Virus record (IMG/VR): IMGVR_UViG_3300042007_000202
Coordinates: 32,001 to 96,000 of that record
Length of the DNA stretch: 64,000 bases
Source: a virus
Reading direction: 5' to 3' (one strand)
A program made the position numbers and the translations under genes. Shown one piece after another: positions 56,871 through 64,000 of this stretch (position 1 is the stretch's first letter; each line of letters starts with the position of its first letter). The notes under the pieces are model-generated. The model ran no database searches, was not told the origin of the DNA, and was given only the letters and a program-made list of their open reading frames with translations.

Positions 56871-56956
56871 GTCGGCCTCTGTGGAGTTGCGGGTCGGCGG
56901 GTGGGCGGCGAGGCCCGGCGGGCGCTGGCAGGTCCTGGGGCGCCCGCCGGGGGCCG

Positions 56957-57208
56957 TCAGGGGCGGGTGGCCTCGTAGACGGTCAGGTAGAAGACGGGGC
57001 CGTCGATCAGCGTGGACCGGACGCGGCCTTCGCGTTCCAGGCGGAGCAGCCGCCGGTGGGTGGAGCGGCGGGTGGAGCGCAGGGCTTCTGCCACCTCGTG
57101 GAGTTCGCTGTGCGGGTTGCGTTCCAGCCAGCGGAGCAGGGCTTCGTCCCTGCGCTGGCCGAGGCGCATCCGACCGGCGGCCGTCACGTAGTCGGCCAGC
57201 GCCATCAT
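56957..57208 (-). CDS. Small wHTH DNA-binding protein
   Basis: LLRWL..HEVAEAL..STHRRLLRLEREGRV. Confidence 0.65.
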   Translation of the reverse strand: MMALADYVTAAGRMRLGQRRDEALLRWLERNPHSELHEVAEALRSTRRSTHRRLLRLEREGRVRSTLIDGPVFYLTVYEATRP

Positions 57209-57212
57209 CCGG

Positions 57213-57476
57213 TCACCTCTTCGGGGGGTGGAGCACGACGCCGGGCGCGTGGTCCGGCATGGGGCCGTCGTCGGGGTTGGGGGCCTTGGGGCATTCGCGG
57301 TCTTCGCCTCCGACGAGGTTGCCCACGGTCCAGGGGGCGCCCTCTTCGGCCAGGCTGATGACCTCCCCGCAGTACGTGCAGCAACTGCGCTTGGGGTAGC
57401 CGTCCGGGTCGGGCTCCGGCGGCGAGGGCGGGGGGCCGTGCACCACGGGCGGACTGGCGGGAATGAACGGGATCAC
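57213..57476 (-). CDS. Small Cys protein
   Basis: CTYCGEVI..W..C..H. Confidence 0.55.
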   Translation of the reverse strand: MIPFIPASPPVVHGPPPSPPEPDPDGYPKRSCCTYCGEVISLAEEGAPWTVGNLVGGEDRECPKAPNPDDGPMPDHAPGVVLHPPKR

Positions 57477-57946
57477 GGTGCCTGCTTCGGGTCGTGTTCG
57501 GGGGTGTCCGGCGCGCCGGGGAGGGGGTGGGCGGCCACGTCGGCTTCGAGGATGTCATCGGGGTGGACCTGTTCGATGCGCTCGCCGTGGCACACGTCCA
57601 CGTAGAAGCGGCGGGCCACGGCGGTGTCGATGTGGTCGTGCCGTCCCAGGGCGCCGATGTGGGTGTAGCCGTTGGCGACGACGCGGACGTGGACCGCCTG
57701 TCCGGTGGTGCACCCGCGCAGCATCGCGTCCAGCGCCATCCCGGTGTACGGGGGCACGGGGGCGCCCTGGTCCCTCAGGGCGCTCAGCAGGTGCTTCGCG
57801 CGGAGCTGGGGGCAGGGCTTGGTGCCGGTCCAGTGGTGGGCGGTGCAGAAGCCGTGTGCTTCCAGGTCGCACGGGGTGTCTTCGTAGAGGTCGGCCACGA
57901 TGCCGAGGGCGACGGTGAGGGCGGCCTGCTGGCTGAGGAGAGCCAT
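57473..57946 (-). CDS. Hypothetical protein
   Basis: AGGA RBS; PC..HGFCTAH..PCP. Confidence 0.6.
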   Translation of the reverse strand: MALLSQQAALTVALGIVADLYEDTPCDLEAHGFCTAHHWTGTKPCPQLRAKHLLSALRDQGAPVPPYTGMALDAMLRGCTTGQAVHVRVVANGYTHIGALGRHDHIDTAVARRFYVDVCHGERIEQVHPDDILEADVAAHPLPGAPDTPEHDPKQAP

Positions 57947-58002
57947 GGGTTCCTGTCTGCGCGGATAGGCCGGGCGGGCGCCCGCCCGGCCGGGTGGGCG
58001 GG

Positions 58003-58341
58003 TCAGGTGAGGGTGATCTCGAAGGCGTCGGGCCAGCCGTGGGTGCGGACGATGCGCTCCTGGTCGGCCTGGGGGTGCTTGGCGTAGTTCCGGATCAGCG
58101 TGGCCATGCGTTCGGTCTGGCGCTGCTTGAGGTGGAGGGGCATGCCGGAGCGGTGGCCGAGCACGATGTAGGGGCGGTCGCTGGAGTGGCGGGCCCAGCC
58201 CGCTTCGAACCGGCCGCGCCGGTCGGTGGAGACCATGATGGCCTTGCGGGTGAAGTGCTCGGCGGCCAGCTCGCGCAGTTCCTCCAGGAGCGCTTCGGCG
58301 GCCAGGGGCATCCGGTTGCCGGGCCGGGGTTTGGTGTTCAC
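58003..58341 (-). CDS. Hypothetical protein
   Basis: GAGAGGA RBS. Confidence 0.65.
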   Translation of the reverse strand: MNTKPRPGNRMPLAAEALLEELRELAAEHFTRKAIMVSTDRRGRFEAGWARHSSDRPYIVLGHRSGMPLHLKQRQTERMATLIRNYAKHPQADQERIVRTHGWPDAFEITLT

Positions 58342-58389
58342 GGTGGCTTGGTCCTCTCTCGATCTGCGCGGATCGGGTGGGGGTGCTGT

Positions 58390-59526
58390 TCAGCGCATGG
58401 GGTGGTTGGTGATGGTGCGGCCGTCGTCCTTCGCCGCGTTCACCGGGATCGGCGCCAGCCAGTGGATGTCGATCTCCTGGCGGCCGGGGCCGACCCGGTA
58501 CAGGTGCAGGTGTGCGCCGCGCACGTGGGGGCGGACCTTCTTGCCGGTCCCCGGGCCGAGCTGGGCGGCGGCGGGCGGGCGGCGGATGTGGTCGGCGATG
58601 ACCGAGCCGGTGACCCAGCCCAGGCGGCGGACGCGGGGGGACTTGGGGCGCCGGGGCTTGCCTTTGGCGGCCGGGGGGCGGATGGCGCGGGGCTTGGCGT
58701 CCACCTCCGCGCTCCGGGAGCACGCGTACAGCAGGTGTGCCACGGCGGCGCGGGCGCACGTGGTCATGTAGGTGCGGCGGGTGTCGTCGTCGGTGCGGCG
58801 CAGGCGGACGTCCGGCGCCCAGGCGAACGTCTTGTCGACGATCACTTCCACCAGCTCGTCGATGGTGAACTCCCCGCTGAGGGGGACGGAGAACTGGACG
58901 GCGTCAAGGTCCTGGACGCGGTTGTCGGCGGTCAGCACCGTGGAGTGGACGACCACCCGGTAGGCGTTGGCCTCGGGGTCGTGGGTGTCCACGGGGATGC
59001 CCTGGCCCGTCTCCATGGCCGCGCGCATCTGCCCCACGTAGGGGTAGCGCGGGCTGACCACACCCGTCACGGTGACGGCGATGATCCGCCCGGGGAGTCC
59101 GTCCGCGTGGACCAGCTCGGGGGCGCCCGGCAGCAGGAACATGGGGTTGATGTGGGGCAGCCGGGTGAGCACCGCGCCGGGGATCTTGACGTCGGACTTG
59201 AGTTCCATCAGCTTCGCCGTCATGGCGGGGTGGGGCTCGTAGGTGTCGCGCTGGGCCTCCCAGAGCCGGTGCAGCCGCAGTTCGCCCGCCGCCTGGACCA
59301 TCCGCTGCTGATCGGCGTAGCCCAGCTTCCTGAGCGCGTCTTCGATCTGGGCGGTCGGGACCTTGCCGGGCCCGCTCAGGAGCCCGTCCAGGCCGAGCTT
59401 GCGCAGCTTGCGCTCACTGTAGGCCGCGCTGTCCTGGATCGTGTCCGCGATCCACTCGGCGGTGTACGGGTCCGGCGCGGGGGGTGGCGGGTAGAGCGGG
59501 TGGTCCAGGAGGACGGACGGGGCCAC
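58390..59526 (-). CDS. Mobile-element hypothetical protein with C-terminal RPHxRxAH motif
   Basis: VRPHVRGAHLHLYRVGPGR..HWLAPIPVN. Confidence 0.7.
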   Translation of the reverse strand: MAPSVLLDHPLYPPPPAPDPYTAEWIADTIQDSAAYSERKLRKLGLDGLLSGPGKVPTAQIEDALRKLGYADQQRMVQAAGELRLHRLWEAQRDTYEPHPAMTAKLMELKSDVKIPGAVLTRLPHINPMFLLPGAPELVHADGLPGRIIAVTVTGVVSPRYPYVGQMRAAMETGQGIPVDTHDPEANAYRVVVHSTVLTADNRVQDLDAVQFSVPLSGEFTIDELVEVIVDKTFAWAPDVRLRRTDDDTRRTYMTTCARAAVAHLLYACSRSAEVDAKPRAIRPPAAKGKPRRPKSPRVRRLGWVTGSVIADHIRRPPAAAQLGPGTGKKVRPHVRGAHLHLYRVGPGRQEIDIHWLAPIPVNAAKDDGRTITNHPMR

Positions 59527-59538
59527 GGCGGGACTCTC

Positions 59539-60420
59539 TCAATCTGCGTGGATGGACTCGGTGGGGGTGCCGAGCGCGGAGGTCAGGACGGTGAGGTCAG
59601 CGAGCGCGTCGCGCTTCGCTTCGTCGGCGGTCGGCCGGACCACGAGGGTGCGGCCGTCAGCGACCTGGATGACGCGGAAGCCGCCCTCGGGGTGGACGGC
59701 CTCCAGCCGGAGCACAATGCCACGGGCGCGGAAGTCCTCGCGCCAGTAGCCCACCTCCTCGGCGCGCAGTCGCTCCATGCGGTAGCCGCCGCGCGTGTTG
59801 AGCAGGCCGTTCCCGCGTAAGGCTGCGCCGGTCTGCGTGGATGCGCGCACCCGGGCCAGCTCGCGGCCGTCGCTCCTGGCGGTCAGGCGCCACACGTCGG
59901 TGCGCTCGCCGCGCGGGGCCGGGATGCCGCCGGGCAGCGGGCACTGGCCGGTCATGTGGCGGAGCATCATCACCTGGTCCAGCAGCCGTTCCACCGGCCA
60001 CGCCAGGGCCTCCTGGTACGCCTTGCACACGCTGTAGCGCGCGGAGCGGGCGGGGCTGCCTTCCAGGGCGGCGGCGGGCGCGGTGTGCGCCACGTACGCG
60101 GCGGCGTGCTCGCGCTGCGAGCGGCGCAGGGCGCCTTCCTGGTTGGCGATGATCAGGTCCAGCTCGGCCATCTCTTCGGCGTCCGGCATCTGCGGCAGGA
60201 GCTGCGCACTCCAGTCGACCGTGACGTACCGGGTGGTGGTGCCGTTGCGGTGGCGGCGGATGCGTTCGGTGGTGGTGCGCGTCATCTCCGCGAGGCCCCT
60301 GCGTTCCAGGGCCTCGGCGGTGGTGCGGGCGACGCGGTGCGTGCCGCCGCTGTGGATCTTTCCGTCAGGGGCCTCGCGCAGGGCGTCGTAGGCCCTGGTT
60401 TGCGCCTTGCTGAGCTTCAT
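59539..60420 (-). CDS. Hypothetical protein, N-terminal wHTH-like; contains a TTA codon
   Basis: KLSKAQ..TAEALERRGL; TTA at 59818-59820. Confidence 0.65.
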   Translation of the reverse strand: MKLSKAQTRAYDALREAPDGKIHSGGTHRVARTTAEALERRGLAEMTRTTTERIRRHRNGTTTRYVTVDWSAQLLPQMPDAEEMAELDLIIANQEGALRRSQREHAAAYVAHTAPAAALEGSPARSARYSVCKAYQEALAWPVERLLDQVMMLRHMTGQCPLPGGIPAPRGERTDVWRLTARSDGRELARVRASTQTGAALRGNGLLNTRGGYRMERLRAEEVGYWREDFRARGIVLRLEAVHPEGGFRVIQVADGRTLVVRPTADEAKRDALADLTVLTSALGTPTESIHAD

Positions 60421-60451
60421 GTGGCTTGGTCCCTCAGTCGCGGTGCCGTGT

Positions 60452-60500
60452 GAGACATGACGTTATCACCGGGGATTGGTGTGCGCAAATGTTGTGTCAC
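60452..60500 (-). promoter_or_regulatory. Promoter cassette with inverted arms
   Basis: GTGACACAACAT-TTGCGC-17 nt-TAACGT-CATGTCTC. Confidence 0.7.
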
Positions 60501-60781
60501 GCGGGCGGGCGGCGGGCCGACCGGCCGGACCAGTCCTCCTCACCTGGCCCGAAGACGTCCAGGAACTCGACCGCGCCGTCGGGCGGCAGGCGGTCGATGC
60601 GGAAGCTGTCGCCTCCCCGGAAGCGGTGCGGCTCGGGCGGCCGGGCCGTCCAGGTGAGCCGGTCCTTGCGGGTGATTGCGCAGTCCACCCGGCGGCCGTC
60701 GGCCGTGGCGATCCAGCACTCGCTGGGCTCGGCGGGTTCCCCTGGTGTGAGTTCGCGGTCGTATCCGGACTGGGTGCTCAC
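60497..60781 (-). CDS. Hypothetical protein
   Basis: GTG at 60781 with AGGAAGG upstream. Confidence 0.45.
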   Translation of the reverse strand: MSTQSGYDRELTPGEPAEPSECWIATADGRRVDCAITRKDRLTWTARPPEPHRFRGGDSFRIDRLPPDGAVEFLDVFGPGEEDWSGRSARRPPA

Positions 60782-61035
60782 CGGTGCCCTTCCTGTTGCT
60801 GCTGCGTTCGCTGCTGGCCATCCTGCCGCCCCCTGACGGCCGATTGGGGGAACGGCCGCCCGGAGGGCCCGCAGGCCGTCCACGGGGCGCCAGGAGGCCG
60901 CCAGGCGCCCGCCGGGCCGCGCCTGCGCCCACGGGGGCGCCAGTGACCTCAGGCGCGCAGGGTCGAAGACCCGAGCACCTGAGGTTGCTGGCGGTGGGCG
61001 GTCCAGCGCGCCCTGGGCGCTGGCGAGGGGGGTGC

Positions 61036-61307
61036 AGGGGGGGCGAGGAGCCCCCCTTGCGAGGCCGGGCGGAAGGGGGGCTGCTGACCCCCCTTGGGGG
61101 CCCCGGCCCCCCGCTGCCCGCAGACGGCCGGAAAGGGCCCCTGACCTGCGGGGATGGCCGCCTTCGCGCGCGCCCACGCGTGCGCGCGCGTTCTTCCTAA
61201 AGAGCAGTTTGCTGCAAATCGTCCTCTGACCTGCGCAAACGCGATTTGCAAAGGGGGGCTGTAGCCCCCCTTCGAATGCCGCAAGGGGGGCTACAGCCCC
61301 CCTTTGC
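61036..61307. repeat. Palindromic AAGGGGGGCTNNAGCCCCCCTT repeats; candidate replication origin
   Basis: Copies at 61251-61272 and 61283-61304 form a perfect 25-bp inverted repeat (61248-61272 / 61283-61307); degenerate copies near 61036-61058 and 61073-61095; non-coding region upstream of rep-like genes. Confidence 0.7.
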
Positions 61308-61493
61308 GCAGGTCGGCGCAGGAGGGCGTGAATTGTCAGTGTGGCCATGTATCGACATCTCGACAGACACGCGTTCGTAGCTCTTCGGGTGATTGCACGC
61401 TGGTGAGCGGGGTGATACGCAGGGTGAACGTTGGACAACCGGGCGGCCGGGCGGCCGGGCGGGCGGCCGAGTTCCGTCACCCCTTCGGTGGAC

Positions 61494-61544
61494 ATGACAC
61501 CAGGGTTGCGGGGGCACCAGACCCCCCTTAAGTTATGGTGTCGC
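61494..61544 (+). promoter_or_regulatory. Promoter cassette of the rep-like operon
   Basis: ATGACACCAGGG-TTGCGG-17 nt-TAAGTT-ATGGTGTCGC. Confidence 0.55.
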
Positions 61545-61594
61545 ATAACTTGATCAAGGGCGGCGGAGCGCAGGTGGGAGAGGGCGTGTGAACG

Positions 61595-62194
61595 TTGGAG
61601 CGGGCTTATGACCACCACGTGGTGCGCTTGCAGGCGGAGGAGGAGGAACGTCTCCCTGCTGGCGAGGAACCGCGTTCCCCGAGGCCGGTGCGGCTGGTGG
61701 ACGCCGCCGGGGGAAAGGTCCAGGAAGTCACCGCGCTCCGCCTGGGCCACGGCCACCGGCTCGCGGTCGAGAACGCACGCACGCAGTACGAGTTCTACGG
61801 CGGATCGTTCTACCTGGCCTCCAGGGAGCTGTCAGCGAAGCTGCCGACGCTCGGGCTCACCGCCTTGCAGTACGACGTCTGGCACACGCTCCTGGGCGTT
61901 CAGCAGCGGGGAGGGGTGATCACCATGACGCAGGCACAGCTCGCTGAGCGGCTGCACACGGACCGCAAGGAGATCGGCGCGGCCGTGGGCATCTTCCGCC
62001 GGTGGGGGCTTCTCTACACGCCCGCGCGCGGCCGGATCTGCCTCAACCCGCGCATCGCCTTCTACGGCTCCAGCGAGCGCCAGGAAGAGGCGCTGGCGGA
62101 CATGCTGCCGTACGACGTGCCTCCGATTACGCTGCCAGCAGGGACCGCCCGGCCGCGCAGCAGGAAGCCCCGCACGGGGCCGAAGGGAGTCTGA
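61595..62194 (+). CDS. RepL-like wHTH replication/maintenance protein 1
   Basis: QYDVW..LLG..ITMTQAQLAERL..LNPRIAFYGS. Confidence 0.7.
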   Translation: MERAYDHHVVRLQAEEEERLPAGEEPRSPRPVRLVDAAGGKVQEVTALRLGHGHRLAVENARTQYEFYGGSFYLASRELSAKLPTLGLTALQYDVWHTLLGVQQRGGVITMTQAQLAERLHTDRKEIGAAVGIFRRWGLLYTPARGRICLNPRIAFYGSSERQEEALADMLPYDVPPITLPAGTARPRSRKPRTGPKGV

Positions 62195-62634
62195 TGACGG
62201 TGAGCGCCGAAGAGGCACCCCAGACCGTCGCCGTGGAGGACTTCAGCTACTACACCGCCCAGGAGCTGGCCCGCGCGCTGCCGATGTACCGGCTGACGGC
62301 CGCCCAGTACGACGTGTGGAACGTTCTGCTGGGCCGGATGGAGCGCGGCGGCCGGGTCTACATGACGCAGGACGACATCGCTGAGTACCTGGGCACGGAC
62401 AAGGCCAACATCTCCCCGGCGCTCAAGGTGCTCAGGGAGAAGGGCCTGGTCTGGATGGAGTCGCGGGCCGTCTACCGGATCAACCCGCGCATCGCCTTCA
62501 AGGGCAGCGTGACCGAGTGGAACGACGCGATGGAGGACGTGCCGCCGGACGTGCCGGAGGTGCTGATCCCGAAGTACCGGCGGCGCCCGCCGCGCGCCAG
62601 CCGCACCGGAGGGCGCCCGCTGCGGAGCGTGTAG
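62194..62634 (+). CDS. RepL-like wHTH replication/maintenance protein 2
   Basis: QYDVWNVLLG..MTQDDIAEYLG..KGLV..YRINPRIAFKGS; TGATG coupling. Confidence 0.75.
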   Translation: MTVSAEEAPQTVAVEDFSYYTAQELARALPMYRLTAAQYDVWNVLLGRMERGGRVYMTQDDIAEYLGTDKANISPALKVLREKGLVWMESRAVYRINPRIAFKGSVTEWNDAMEDVPPDVPEVLIPKYRRRPPRASRTGGRPLRSV

Positions 62635-62645
62635 CGATCCACGCG

Positions 62646-62684
62646 GAAGGGCCCGCCGCCCCGACCCGGGGCGGCGGGCCCTTC
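62646..62684 (+). terminator. Hairpin terminator
   Basis: GAAGGGCCCGCCGCCCC..GGGGCGGCGGGCCCTTC. Confidence 0.7.
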
Positions 62685-62753
62685 CTCATCCGCCGCGCGG
62701 CTCGCCCGGCCGGGCGCCCGGCCGCCCGGCCGCCCGGCCGGGACAATGCGCCC

Positions 62754-63143
62754 ATGACGATCTCTGTCGACTTCGACGTCCCCATCCACGACTACACCCG
62801 GGGCTGGCAGGACGGCTCCATCTACGGGGATGAGACACCCGGCGCCTTCCAGGCCCTGCGCGACCTCATGGCCGTCGACGCCGTCTTCATCCACACCACT
62901 CGCCCCGCCGGGCCGGTAGCCGCATGGCTGGCCGAACGCGGCGGCTTCGCCACCGTCGTCGATGACGGCACGCTGGACCTGGAGTTCTGGAACCGGCGCG
63001 GCATCCTGCTGGTGACCAACCGCAAGTACCCCGCCCACGCCTACATCGACGACCGCGCCGTTCCCTTCACGGGCGACTGGCAGGAGGCCATCCGGCGGGC
63101 GGCGGAGTTCCTGCCGGTACTGCGGGCGGAGGGGGACGGCTGA
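62754..63143 (+). CDS. Minimal HAD-superfamily hydrolase
   Basis: VDFDVPIH, IHTTR, K, YIDDRA motifs. Confidence 0.75.
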   Translation: MTISVDFDVPIHDYTRGWQDGSIYGDETPGAFQALRDLMAVDAVFIHTTRPAGPVAAWLAERGGFATVVDDGTLDLEFWNRRGILLVTNRKYPAHAYIDDRAVPFTGDWQEAIRRAAEFLPVLRAEGDG

Positions 63144-63388
63144 TGCGCCCCGAGGCCGCTGACGTACTAGCCAGGCTCCGCCGGTCCATCCTCCGGGGAG
63201 ACTGGCCGGTCGGCTGCCGCGCGCCCGCCCTGGCCGAGCTGGTGAGCGTGCACGGCCTCAACCGGTCACAGGCGTCCCTGGTCCTGAGCGCGCTCGCGAA
63301 GGAGGGGCTGATCGTCCGGGCGCGCGGCATCGGCCCCACCGTGGTGTACGAGCCTGAGCAGCCCTCGAAGGACCGGCCGGAGCCGTGA
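63143..63388 (+). CDS. GntR-family wHTH regulator (stand-alone)
   Basis: LRRSILRGDWPVG..P..AEL..HGLNRS..LSALAKEGLI..RGIGPTV. Confidence 0.8.
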   Translation: MRPEAADVLARLRRSILRGDWPVGCRAPALAELVSVHGLNRSQASLVLSALAKEGLIVRARGIGPTVVYEPEQPSKDRPEP

Positions 63389-63525
63389 ATGCGCAGCCGC
63401 CCCCGCCGTGCCGCTCACGCGACGCACGGCGCCCCCAGGGCCGTGAACCCCGGGGGCCACTGCAAATCTCATGTCACCCGGCCGGGGGGGGGCCCGGGGG
63501 GGCGCCCCCCCCGGGGGGGGCACGG

Positions 63526-63750
63526 TCAGGCGTCGCCGTCTTCGTCCGTGACGCCCTGCGCCTCCGCCCACTCGCAGCACGCCTTGGCGAAGAGCGCGGG
63601 GCCCTGCGCCGCCTGCTCGGAGCGGAACACCTCCGGCGCCGCGCCCAGGGTCTCCACGACCACCACGCCGCCGGGCAGCAGGTAGAAGTCGGTGTCGCTG
63701 AACGCCTCGGTGTGGAAGACGTCGACGCTGATCTGCGAGTAGCGGTCCAT
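63526..63750 (-). CDS. Hypothetical protein
   Basis: GAGGAG RBS. Confidence 0.55.
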   Translation of the reverse strand: MDRYSQISVDVFHTEAFSDTDFYLLPGGVVVVETLGAAPEVFRSEQAAQGPALFAKACCEWAEAQGVTDEDGDA

Positions 63751-63859
63751 GGTGATCTCCTCGTCCGTGGTGGGGGGCTCCGCGCCCCCGAAGAATGCGA
63801 ATCTCGTGTCACCCGGCCGGGCGGGCGGCCGGGGGGCCGCCCGCCCGGGGGTCAGGGGG

Positions 63860-64000
63860 TCAGTGCTTGCACCCGGCGGCGCACCAGCCGCCCGCCTTGC
63901 GGACGGCGCGCTCGTCCACCAGTCGGGCCACCGTGTACGCGGTGCCCGTGTTCACGCAGATCAGGGCGTACTGACCGTCGCGGCGCCCGACCTGCGCCGC
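63860..64000 (-). CDS. C-terminal fragment sharing the RKAGGWC domain with 5242..6594
   Basis: AAQVGRRDGQYALICVNTGTAYTVARLVDERAVRKAGGWCAAGCKH*. Confidence 0.65.
   Translation of the reverse strand, partial: AAQVGRRDGQYALICVNTGTAYTVARLVDERAVRKAGGWCAAGCKH

Larger units (their letters stand above)
1..64000. mobile_element. Phage-plasmid / plasmid prophage of an actinomycete (partial)
   Basis: Terminase, portal, capsid and tail genes co-occur with ParA/RHH partition genes and tandem RepL-like genes; no host housekeeping genes and no integrase seen; dense overlapping stop/start junctions. Confidence 0.85.

Noticed and set aside
1-64000. Integrated prophage with att sites; tRNA or rRNA genes; endolysin; traB
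   Set aside because: No integrase, att pair, cloverleaf, peptidoglycan hydrolase or FtsK motif recognised by eye; they may lie outside the window

Overview
High-GC (roughly 70% or more by eye), gene-dense 64-kb segment of an actinobacterial, most likely Streptomyces-type, phage-plasmid (extrachromosomal prophage). Most genes are on the minus strand. Contents: (i) a virion module resembling mycobacteriophage cluster B: small and large terminase, portal, MuF+protease+NUDIX fusion, hexamer- and pentamer-type capsid proteins, Ig/PKD-decorated major tail protein, Fn3 protein, His-repeat fibre, head-tail adaptor and terminator-like gene, with no tape measure, baseplate or endolysin recognisable in the window; (ii) a translationally coupled ParB-like / exonuclease / GREB1-TAGT-like glycosyltransferase / TET-JBP dioxygenase operon running directly into the small terminase (candidate base-J-like DNA hypermodification); (iii) plasmid functions: ParA plus RHH-type partner, two tandem RepL-like wHTH proteins next to nested palindromic repeats (candidate origin), and a GntR regulator; (iv) many small hypothetical genes. 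Three separate families of dispersed DNA signals are visible: about 35 copies of a 12-bp palindrome RTCYRCGYRGAY, about 9 copies of a ~49-bp promoter cassette bracketed by inverted GWGACAY arms, and about 17 GC-only (GGGC/GGCC)n clusters. A candidate multi-hairpin sRNA with anti-Shine-Dalgarno loops lies downstream of terL. No integrase, rRNA, tRNA or CRISPR was recognised. All family assignments come from motif recognition by eye, not from database searches.
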